From assembly GCF_000760515.2 (NCBI RefSeq), contig NW_013546367.1:1-38039 (forward strand): 38,039 nucleotides of DNA, read 5' to 3'. The notes under the pieces were generated by a model that had not been told where the DNA came from, made no database searches, and was given only the letters and a program-made list of their open reading frames with translations. Source of the DNA: Mitosporidium daphniae (taxonomy: Eukaryota). Below are positions 23,444 through 33,492 of this stretch, one piece after another. How positions within the stretch are numbered: position 1 is the first letter of the stretch; each line of letters opens with the position of its first letter. A program made the translations under genes and the position numbers.

Positions 23444-23629
23444 AGCGAGTAATGAAAAGCAAAAACGCAACGCAAAGCTTTTATATGAAATTTTGCCGTT
23501 TTCGGGAATATTCCAGCATTTTCTACATTTCGGAGTAATTTTAAAATTAATCTGAAATTAAAAGCCACCCCCTCGCCCTGCGCCTGTAAAACTTAACCTC
23601 AGCATTTACAAAATTTAATTTTGTGCCAT

Positions 23630-25331
23630 TCATTTCCCGGAAATCATGATGGGGGCGATTCGCTTTATCGGGGCCCGTTCTGAATGTGTGTTTGGTTGCA
23701 CATTTGCAGGCTGCAAATTCTCCTTTTCAACAGGATAGCTTTTCTCTGCACTCGCATCTTCAACCGTAGGCATAGCGTGCAAAGTTGGGATTTCCCGTCT
23801 GTGTGGCACATTATGCTCCTGCATAGCGCCAGTTCCCGAAATCAAGGGCGTTATTGCGCGTTTTTTCTTCTTTTTAAACATCAAAGAGAGATCAAGAATC
23901 ACGTCATGTCGCTCTATCATTCTAAATGTGCTTGTAAGGTTATCGATTATAAGCCCATCTTTTTGGGGACAAATTTTGGAATCGATTGCAAATAAATTCA
24001 TAAACGGCCGCATAGAAAACGAGGATAAATATAGGCTGTCTTGCTCAGAAGTTTGCCCAAGCGAAGAGTAGATCCTGGGCACGCCGTTCAAGGTGGGGTT
24101 CGACTGACCATCGGCCCGCCAAGAGTCCTGAAGACGTTTACGCGAAACAGGGTCATTCATATCTTGGTCGAGCGAAAATACATCCCTTTCATCCCTTTCG
24201 TCACACATCAGTTCGTCATCGGATAAATATCCATGAGGTACAAGCCAAGAGGAATCTTCCTCTTCTTCTTCACCTTCGCCCTCGTCATCTTCGGAGCCCG
24301 AGTCGCTTTGATCGGTGTCTGAGATGTTTTCAATTTCGCCCTCAAGCTCATCGCAGTCATCCTCCCATTCATTGTCAGACTCAACGGAATAATCCAGCTC
24401 GAGCTCCTTTGATAGGTCTTTGGCAAATGGACGACGGCCACTTATGATAAGGGACTGCTTAGAGAAGGTTCCAAAATAGCAAGGCCGGATATTTTCGGCA
24501 AAATGGAATAATTTAAAGCGGACCATAGGAAGCAGCGAAAGCTGTTCGATTTCTTTAGATGATCGCCGATTGTTGTTTTCATTTGTCGTCTCAATGGTTG
24601 CACCGGTGTTCCTTGTCTTTTGGAGCAGACTTTCAAATTTCGCCATCTTGACATTGGGCTTTACAAAAAACGTTGGAAAGTAGGACCAAAATCCGCTAGA
24701 AGACGAATGGGTTTGACTCTCCAGCAACATGGGATGCTCGCTAGAGCCTCCTTGATAACCGGATTCGTTTTCTTTTCGAACAATTGAAAAAAAATTTGAA
24801 AGCACAGGGCCAGAAGAAATCGAGGAGCTTTTCGGGGTGAAAGCCTTTCGTGCAGCCTTTTTCGGCGATGAAGTAATGGCCTTCGAAATCGGGCGAAGCT
24901 CTGCTGCTGCTGCGTCAACAACAATATCAAGAGGCTCTATCGTATCTGTTGTGGGCGAAGAGGCCATCTCTGGACTGTGCTCTGTAGCCGCCTGAAGTTT
25001 CCTTTTTGATTTGGCTTTGATTTTTGCTTTCTTTACAAGGCAAGAATGACATGCAAGCGAGGAAATTTTTTCTAAAAGACTTGCTCTGAGGAATTATAGT
25101 GAACGAATACCTTTTTTGTGCACAATCAATAGCCTCGTTCAAATCGCAAACCAAACCTTCAATGATCTTGACATGGTCTCTGGCAAGCTCTGGAGCAACA
25201 ATGCACTCACTGTGCACAAAAGGCTCTATATCTAGTTCTTTGCGTGTCTCAATGGAAGCATTCTGTGCATGTTGTTCTAACCTGAGTACGCTTGCGGTCA
25301 CGTAAAGGCCCTGCCGAATCAGATCTTCCAT
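23630..25331 (-). CDS. CAC1: Chromatin assembly factor 1 subunit A (Cac1/CHAF1A)
   Basis: KLFHFAENIRPCYFGT..RRPFAKD..LDYSVESDNEWED..acidic tract..WLVPHGYLSDDE. A 25-nt intron at 25086-25110 joins ORF 24927-25331 in frame. Confidence 0.88.
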
Positions 25332-25830
25332 TAGAGGGAAATTAAATTGTTGGTCGATAAATTAAATTGGTGGTTTGGTGAGTAAATTTGAATTTTTTGG
25401 GCCATTAAGGCGATTATTCCAAAAAGCTTCCAAAGGCATTTAAAAGCTACACGGAAACTCGCACATGGCCAACTTTTTCTACATTTTGACTTGGGCCAAG
25501 TTGAGCGCTAAAATTTGAAATTTTAAATGCAGCTGTGATTGGCTCGCGTGCTCTGCTGCTTTTGCAAATGGAGTTGTTTATTGTCAAAGATAGTAGGTAA
25601 TTATTACCGTACTCAAGTCATATGCTCACACCTTGTGTACTGCATGTTATGAAAAGCAGGGACGATTCAAGCGTTGTAAACCAACCTGGTCTCAAGCATA
25701 TTGTTTCATTAATTGCACTTTAAGGCCAAATTTCCCCAATATTATTGGATGTGCGGTGATATGACTACTGATCTTATTTTGGGGTATATTTTGCACACTA
25801 GCCATAAATCAAGACCACGCTACAACTTCT

Positions 25831-27362
25831 ATGGAAGAGGCAAAGCGACTTGACTTGGAAAACCCTTCATTTAGATCCAAGTTTTTGATTCCCTTCGATG
25901 CGACATCTGGGAAGGAGAAGATATATCTTTGTGGGCATAGCCTTGGTTTACAACCAAAAGAGACCGCCGCTCGGGTTGCTGAAATGCTGCAGATCTGGGC
26001 TAACGAGTGCCTCCGCAATCTCTAACATCTTTAGTGCAAATTTGGGACATTATTCCGAAAATGGCTGGGGAGCTCTTGAGGACCAATGCGCTTTACTGAT
26101 GGAGCCGTTAATTTTTTCACCGCTACATGGCGAGATGAAGGGAACCATTGGAATAGGAAATACGCTCACCGTAAATCTCCATCTACTTTTGGCCAAGTTC
26201 TATTGTCCCACCCAAACGCATCATAAAGTTTTAGTAGAAATGCACATTTTCCCCTCCGATTTGGTAATGTATCTCGGTTTTATTGTAGTATGCTATCCGC
26301 TCGCACATATCATTCCATGGGTATGACCCTGACAGCTCTATTGTTTTTCTTGATGATCCCTCGTCCACGGAACATATCCTTGCATCGTTAGACCGAATAG
26401 AGGGTATTGCGCTTTTTTTGTTAGGAAACATCCAATTTCTTACGGGGCAAGCGTTCGAGCTAGGAAAGATTTTTTCGCATGCCAGAAAAAGAGGTTTGTT
26501 TATAAGCCAACACTTTTCTTGTCAGAATGTCTGCCACACCATCTTGATACTTTCTTGCGATCTTTACACCCCTAACCTGTATCCATCGCTTCATAGTTTT
26601 TATTTACACACGTGTTCGCTTTGTTAGCATACTAATGGGAATAGGTAAATGCTTATTGATAAATTTTGGCATCCCTGCTATTGGAGCTGACCTTGCCCAT
26701 GCGGTTGGAAATATCCCTTTAGCGCTTAACGAATGGGATGTCGACTTTGCCGTGTGGTGCACTTACAAGTACCTCAATGCAGGCCCTGGCTCTATCGGTG
26801 GGTATTACATAAACAAAAGGCATCTCGACAAAGATGACAAACTCCCAGCGTATGCATTTACTTGTTTTCATTGCAAGGCTACTGGGCTGGTGGGGAAATG
26901 AGCGATCTTCTCGGTTTCTGATGCTGCCCGGTATTGATTCGCTCCAATTTTGTAGATTTTCATCCAAGAGGCGATGCCGGGCGATATCTTGTATCCAACC
27001 CGCCCATTCTAAGTTTGGTCCCGGTCAAGGTTTCCCTGCAGCTGTTTCGTGATACGGGAGGCATTATCCCGCTTCGAGAACGATCCACGAAACTCACATC
27101 ATACTTGAGAAGCCTATTGGTGGAGCGGATCGGCCCACCAACGATCACCATCATTACGCCAGAAGGCCAATGCGGAGCTCAGCTTTCCATCTCCATCACC
27201 GTCATCCCAATTGATGAAGTTGCCAAACAGCTTCTGCTGGAAGGAATTGTTGTCGATACTAGGCGCCCAAATGTACTGAGGGTAGCTCCAACGGCTCTTT
27301 ATAATACGTTTGTGGATTGTTTCCTTTTTGTAAAGGCTCTTGCAAAAATTTTGTGCAAGTAA
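25831..27362 (+). CDS. BNA5: Kynureninase (PLP-dependent, de novo NAD pathway)
   Basis: [76 protein letters not shown]. Several short introns and one anomalous long intron. Confidence 0.92.
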
Positions 27363-27462
27363 GGGCTTTTGGGAAATAAACCATCTTTTTGACATCGCTT
27401 TGGCCGAAAATTGGCCATTTGGACGTTCCAACTTTTTAAAACTACAATTTTAGCAGAGCCCC

Positions 27463-28509
27463 ATGATAGCATCTGTTCCAGCAGCGGTGTTTACAAAGCC
27501 CCCATGCTTCAAAAGGCTGCTTTCAACTGCGCAGACCATCAAGCCAGCCTTGAAACCCATAATTCCTCCTTTTCTTTTAAAGCTATCAGCGCGCTTTCCA
27601 GAATTTTCCGAGCCTGATCGCTCGCTTCTTGTCGAAAAAATCAATGATGGTTCGATTTTGTCTACGCTTCAGCCAAAGCAATATAAAACCATACTCTTAT
27701 TGATGAAGTTGAACAAAAAGATACCGCCCCACATGCGCTGTAAGGATCTAACCCTAATTCCGCCAGCGGGCCTGCCCCCGAAGCACCTTACAGCCACAAA
27801 GAAGCGCCATTCGGGTCGCAACTACACCGGGCAGATTGTTGTTCGGCACAAAGGAGGCGGGGAACGTCACAGATATCGTTTGATTGACTTTAAAAGAACC
27901 GAGGCGTTCAGTCCGCTGCTTTTGGGTGTCAAATCTCAACCCCCATCTAATACCGGACCGCCGATCCAACGAGTCGTTCGCATTGAAAAAGATCCGAATA
28001 GGACATCCCATATTGCGCTGCTCCAAAGAGAGGCCGATAACTCTCTTTCGTATATTGTGGCACCAGATGGCCTAAAGGTCGGAGATACCATTAAAAACGA
28101 CGGGACTCCCGGACTTGGCGAGTATTTACCTCTATCCTTTATTCCGGTGGGGTCCTCTGTTCACAATGTCGAGCTGAAGCCAGGAAAAGGGCCCCAGCTG
28201 GCAAGGTCTGCTGGAACTCGGGCTATTTTTGAAGGAATGGATCTTTCCGGAGAAAAGGCAATCATTATCATGCCCTCCAAAAGGAAGGTGCTTGTAGATC
28301 GAAACTGCAAGGCAGCCATTGGTCAGGTTTCAAATATTTCTTGGGGATCGACACCCTTGGGCAAGGCCGGTGTAAATAGGCGGCGAGGCATACGGCCGAC
28401 AGTTAGAGGCATGGCCATGAATCCTGTAGACCACCCTCATGGCGGTGGAAAGGGCGGTAGAAACAAGGGCCATCATTCGCGCTCACCTTGGGGCAAGATT
28501 GCAAAGTGA
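27463..28509 (+). CDS. RML2: Mitochondrial ribosomal protein uL2m
   Basis: SGRNYTGQIVVRHKGGG, DPNRTSHIAL, HNVELKPGKG..ARSAG, RPTVRGMAMNPVDHPHGGG. Presequence-like N-terminal extension. Confidence 0.95.
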   Translation: MIASVPAAVFTKPPCFKRLLSTAQTIKPALKPIIPPFLLKLSARFPEFSEPDRSLLVEKINDGSILSTLQPKQYKTILLLMKLNKKIPPHMRCKDLTLIPPAGLPPKHLTATKKRHSGRNYTGQIVVRHKGGGERHRYRLIDFKRTEAFSPLLLGVKSQPPSNTGPPIQRVVRIEKDPNRTSHIALLQREADNSLSYIVAPDGLKVGDTIKNDGTPGLGEYLPLSFIPVGSSVHNVELKPGKGPQLARSAGTRAIFEGMDLSGEKAIIIMPSKRKVLVDRNCKAAIGQVSNISWGSTPLGKAGVNRRRGIRPTVRGMAMNPVDHPHGGGKGGRNKGHHSRSPWGKIAK

Positions 28510-28625
28510 TCACCACCGACCCACGCATCAGCCCATTAAGTTATTTGACGCTCAATAAATTTAATGATCTAATCAACCCCGTTTCAAAGGGCAATCAAAA
28601 CCCGTTCTCGGCGGCAATGATGGTG

Positions 28626-29009
28626 CTAAAAGGTGCACGAACACCCACTACACTTGACTTTGCAAGGACCGATCGGCTGAATGTGTTCTAATTTGGCGTC
28701 TAATAAGGAGGGAGTTGCATCGTTGTCTGCCATTTCATGCCTTTGTTCGATCTTCACCAAATACGTTGGATTAGATGCAAAAGAGCTCATATTGACCCCT
28801 TGAGCAATGTTTTTCAACAGAAAACGGGCCACCTCTCGCCCAAAGACAATCTGCTGCTCAATGTCTTGCTTATCTAAAAGGCTTCGGTTGCTCTCAAATG
28901 CGCTGCGAACCTTGATTTTGGCTGCCTTGATTACAGAAAGATCGTTTTTGAAAACCAAGTTTATGGCTCGCAAAAGCTCTCGATAAAGCTTCACCCCACT
29001 CTCATTCAT
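28626..29009 (-). CDS. LYR-motif protein, likely complex III assembly factor Mzm1/LYRM7
   Basis: LYRELLRAINLVFKNDLSVIKAAKIKVRSAF..REVARFLLKNIAQG. Confidence 0.75.
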   Translation of the reverse strand: MNESGVKLYRELLRAINLVFKNDLSVIKAAKIKVRSAFESNRSLLDKQDIEQQIVFGREVARFLLKNIAQGVNMSSFASNPTYLVKIEQRHEMADNDATPSLLDAKLEHIQPIGPCKVKCSGCSCTF

Positions 29010-29054
29010 ATTTAGAACGGTAAAAAAATTTAAAACGGCACATAGCATTGCGAT

Positions 29055-29586
29055 TTATGATAAAGTGGAAAATTTCAAAAGAAGTCCGGCCACTTCATCC
29101 TTTCCGAGCATTTGAGCTTCGTCCAGAGCCGTACGTCCGGCATTATTTTTTACATTGAAAATGGCCCCAAATGGAATGAACTTTTCATCTTCGGTTTCTT
29201 CTACCCCACCAGCAGCGATATCAGCCGGATCTTTTTGGAAAAGCGCGCAAAGAACGTCTTTATTTCCAGACATTGCGGCCCAATGGAGCACTGTATTTCC
29301 GCTTTTGTTTTGTCGGGCCAGCAAGGCATACTTGTCTTCATACCTTTCCATTTGTTCTAATATAAATGCAATAACATCTGAGGATGACAAAGAATAGGGT
29401 ACTTGAATGGCTATTTGCAGCAGCCATGTGCAGTGCTGTGTTCCCTGATTCGTAGTCTGACGCATTGATGAGTTTTTGCTTTAATTTTGGATAAATATCG
29501 GCGAGAATATGCTTTATCAAGTCTAGCTCGCCAAACCTAGCACACTGGAGCCATTCATGAACATCTTCTGTCGGAATTTCGTCCAT
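29055..29586 (-). CDS. Ankyrin-repeat protein, Yar1-like (Rps3 chaperone)
   Basis: CARFGELD..SGNTALHMAAANSH|..QNKSGNTVLHWAAMSG..KNNAGRTALDEA. One 25-nt intron near 29379-29403. Confidence 0.78.
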
Positions 29587-29593
29587 TGAAAAA

Positions 29594-30607
29594 TTAATTA
29601 AAATTTTTGCAGACCTCATAAAACGACTTACCGTCCATGGTCAAGTCCAGTTCATCACTCCTAGCGATCGCATCTGTGATAAATTCCTCTGAATAGCGTA
29701 GGCAATTTAACTGAATTACAGCATCTGAAAGTAATACAGCCTCCTTTTTATACACCAGTGGCTTCAGCATTGAGATAAGAAAGGACCGCTCCCTGTCTGC
29801 TAGCTTTTTGCTTTTGAAGTGGAAAGTAAATGCATCCGCTGGAGGGATGAATGGTGGAATCCGTGCCTTTTTTAATTGCAGGCTGATGGTGAAAGCTTGC
29901 GAACAACCTCCTGTAGCAGACATGCTTCCCTTACCAGGCAGGATTCCAATTTGCTCAAACTGGCAGTGACAGGCGATGTTTGGATCCACAAGATGGGAAC
30001 GGCACCAATGTCTAAATTCGGCCCTCGTCCACTCAAATTTGTGGTCTGGGTGTCGAAATCGTGTTGGTCCGCACGGCAAAAAAAGATTATATTCCGAGTT
30101 TGGCGTAGTAACGGTTGCCTTTGACAAAAAGTCTGACGAATAGCGGAAAAGCTCTGGAAAGGCCTCCAATTCGTCGGGAGCCAGGTGCTCAATGATCTCA
30201 ATCGCCGAGAGCCCATCAAAAAAAATATTCATTGCGGGTATTGCAGAAACTGGCCGCTGAATCAGTATTATCCTAACAGAGGGCCCGCTCAAGCGGCCAT
30301 CAATTCTGTAGCGAAGCTGTTCTAGTCTGAGCCTGGCGCTTGATATTTCTGATTTATCTGCATCTATCCCGATAAGTTCTACCTCTTCCATCATCAAAAG
30401 AGGTTCGGAAATTGATGGGAAAAGCAATTGGCCAAGAAAAAACTCCAAAAACTGTCCGCCTCCACACCCCACGTCCAAAATCTATTTTTAGAAATGGCGC
30501 CTAACCCTGGAGCACCCAGCGACCACTTCAAAGGCGCGTTTGTACCTTTGATAGGCAAGGGGGGGATCAAAAAGAGGCTCAAACATCAAATTGGATCTTG
30601 CAAGCAT
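29594..30607 (-). CDS. HEN1: HEN1 small-RNA 3'-terminal 2'-O-methyltransferase (about 329 aa)
   Basis: After removing the 24-nt intron 30482-30505: FDPPLAYQRY..ILDVGCGGG..IEIIEHL..TTPNSEYN..FRHPDHKFEWTRAEF, all diagnostic HEN1 motifs. Confidence 0.92.
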
Positions 30608-30695
30608 TTTTGTGACCCTAAATCAGTTGATTCGAGTTTAATTGAATGCGCGCGCAAACTTTGATAGCCTCAATTTAAATTTAATTATCAAACTA

Positions 30696-30696
30696 N
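30696..30696. other. Ambiguous base N (possible scaffold join)
   Basis: Single n in the sequence, at the left edge of the AT-rich TLC segment. Confidence 0.8.
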
Positions 30697-30796
30697 CAAA
30701 TGCACAAATGAACAAAATTTGTATGTGTCACATATGCACAGCCAATGATTATCGTCATATTGATAATCTAGATCACTCAATTTTGCTTTTTCAATC

Positions 30797-32001
30797 ATGG
30801 ATCTATCCACCTGTTTTGTTAATTTTTTAGGCTCTGTTTTGCGTCTATTTCCTCCTGCTTTGGTGACCTGTGTTAAAGCCTTCTCTCCAAAAAGTTTCAC
30901 TACCATTTCTTTTGTGCTATGTTTTGTTGTACAGATCGGGTTTAAATACATCTTTAAATTTGATTTCCTTAAGCAATCGGCATATTTCGTTGCCTTGATA
31001 CATGCGTGTATTTCAAGTATTGTATCTGTCCTCGTAATTTTCTCCACTCAAGTGCTTCGACCGAACTCTTTAGAAAAGCGGCTAGGTATTAATAACATTA
31101 GGGGGTTAGAGATTATTTCTTTTAACTTTTTAGGGATTGGTTTAGCACTTTGCCAATTTTAGAAGACATCAATAAGATCAATTTCGGCTATTTCATTTGG
31201 CAAACCATCATGTGTATCGTAATGCTTATACATAAGGAAAATATAACGGTATGGTATTTCGCCTATAGCATTTTCGGACTCGTTCTTTTTGGAATCTTTT
31301 CATATCCTATTGCGCCTTACATTGGCGTGCTTTTTCTTGTGTATGAAATTCCTATGATCTTTTTCAATCTCAAAAATATTTTTTTTCATAATTCTACAAA
31401 AGTAACCGTCAGTGATAATGATAAAAATGCAGGCACTGAATTCATTCTACATATTCTATTTATATCTTCTTTTTTTCTTTTTCAAATCATCCTTGGCCAA
31501 CCAATTTCGATCGAGCTTTTTAACCTACTTAGATATGGCCAAGATGAACTTGGAAAACTATCAAAGTACTCTATAATCTACGGTGGTATTATTATGAATA
31601 TATTAAATATATACTGGTTTTCATACGAGACTATCGAAACAGTAGTCGAAAAAAAAACACTTTTGATGATAATTATGGCCGTTTTAATGGCCCAATACTT
31701 TGTCGCCATATTTCTTGTCCCTTTAATGCCTCTGTTTAAAAAAAGATATCAATCTAAACGAAATCAATTGCAACATGAAGATGAACAAAGCGAAGATTCA
31801 GATAAAGGACACAATTCAGTTTTAGAAAACATGTTTCCATCTGACACATATAGCCGTCTAAACTCAAAGCAAAATGAACAAGACAGTTTAAATGAACAAG
31901 ACAGTTTAAATGAACAAGACAGTTTAAATGAAAAAAAAGACAGTTTAAATCAACAAGACGGAAATTCAGAAGAATCCGATAAAGTTACCTCTTCTCTGTA
32001 G
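30797..32001 (+). CDS. TLC (TRAM/LAG1/CLN8)-domain multipass membrane protein, divergent; 5' end uncertain
   Basis: VALIHA, GYFIWQT, YEIPMIFFNL, FFLFQII and ILNIYWF match TLC blocks. A 29-nt intron at 31105-31133 joins the two ORFs. Confidence 0.65.
31873..31959 (+). repeat. 18-nt coding tandem repeat (NEQDSL)n
   Basis: aatgaacaagacagttta x3 perfect plus two degenerate copies. Confidence 0.92.
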
Positions 32002-32148
32002 GTAATCTCGTAGGTGGATCATAAGGGCAGGCAGTAAATTAACCCTAAATAAATTTTCAATAAACTTTGACAAGTGCCGCTGATAGGAAAAATTGCAGCA
32101 AGTTCACACTTCGGGTTGGGGTTGGGGTTACCATGCCATGTCTACGCT

Positions 32149-32740
32149 TTATTGGTCTGACGCGGCTTTCCCCACATGGCTGCTCTCGATGCCCAGCGAA
32201 TCCAACAATGCCCTTAGCTCTCCGTCTGAAGAGGGAAGCTGTGCTTTCGGCAGGTAATTCGCAATGTCGATTGCAATGGCGTCAACTACCTTGAAAGCCT
32301 GGCCGCAGTCGACACAGCGCCCGATTTCGCCCTTTGCCACGTTGAACCATATTGTCTCGTGGCTAGTCCGTGGCGCCCCTATGCACATGCGGAGGGATTG
32401 CGAGCTACGTACCTGTACAGCCGATAATCCTTTCATCGCCAGTGGCCTCCACCAGAATGGGATCCCCATGTGTGCCAAACCGGTCGCCAGGAAGCCACTC
32501 GTTGTCAAAGATGTTGATGCCATGCGTTTTTGCAAGATACTCCAGTCGCTCCAGCCCAACGGACATGTCAAAATCGGTGTATGGCCGGTCTGCAGAGGGG
32601 CCGGGCCCAACGATAGGCCTATATTCGCCATTTTGGGCACCAGAAGAGGAGCCAAGGCAGCGCCAGGACACAAGCCTTCCGTGGTGACGACCACACCGGG
32701 CCAAGTGACGCATGCATGCTGCGGACGCAATTTCGAACAT
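32149..32740 (-). CDS. COX4: Cytochrome c oxidase subunit 4 (fungal Cox4 / animal 5B, Zn-binding)
   Basis: SVGLERLEYLAK..GTHGDPILV..ERIIGCTG|APRTSHETIW..RCVDCGQAFK. One intron and an Arg-rich presequence. Confidence 0.9.
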
Positions 32741-32786
32741 TTTAAAATAAATTGCGTTTGCGCTTGCGTTTACCTTTGGTCTGCTC

Positions 32787-33423
32787 ATGAACAACAGGGT
32801 TTTCAATTGGGCGTTTGCATTTGCGCATGTCATCCCCAGTCACAAGAAAATATTTACTTCCACCATCCAAAAAAACGAGGAGCTTCGTCGCCTTATTTTG
32901 GAGTTGAAGGAGACAAAAGGGAAGCTTTCTCGATTGGATTGGAATGCATATTCCAATGCTGCTATTTCGACACCCTTCATCAAGAAAGAAAATCCTGCCG
33001 CATTTATTGAAGATCTCCGAGCGAGTATTTCTTCCTTTTCGCCCAAAATTGACATTTCCATCGACAAGGAGTATGCTCTTATCGAGGCAGAGCGAAGTGC
33101 TCTGGTACCGCTTGTTTACCTACATTTAGATTGATGAAGCAACCGAAATAGAGAAAAAAGTGTCTGCAGAGATGGAGTTCACTTCTGATAAACTTGAACG
33201 TTACAACACGCTCACCAAGAAGCCGGTGGATGAATTTTGTGTATTGGTTTATTTTATTTTATCACAGGTTGATGATATATATTTTTTAGAGCCCGAGTTT
33301 AAGGAGGAGTTTTATCAGCTAGTTAAAGACGGATGCTGGACCGACTCTCCTCAAATCTACATGGAATGGAAGGCAAGACAGGCCGCCGCTGCCACCAATG
33401 GAGGTGCAGTTGCTCATCATTAG
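32787..33423 (+). CDS. ATP7: Mitochondrial ATP synthase subunit d
   Basis: FNWA..KNEELRR..LDWNAY..KKPVDEFC|VDDIYFLEPE..LVKDGCW follows the fungal Atp7 pattern. Two short introns. Confidence 0.75.
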
Positions 33424-33492
33424 GAACGACGATGCTTGGCAATTAAAATTTAAAGCCAAATTTTAAAATAATTTTTTTGCATTTTCCAGACG

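Noticed and set aside
26494..26644. TPP riboswitch in the long kynureninase intron
   Set aside because: It lacks the conserved CTGAGA core of TPP aptamers, and the gene is not thiamine-related.
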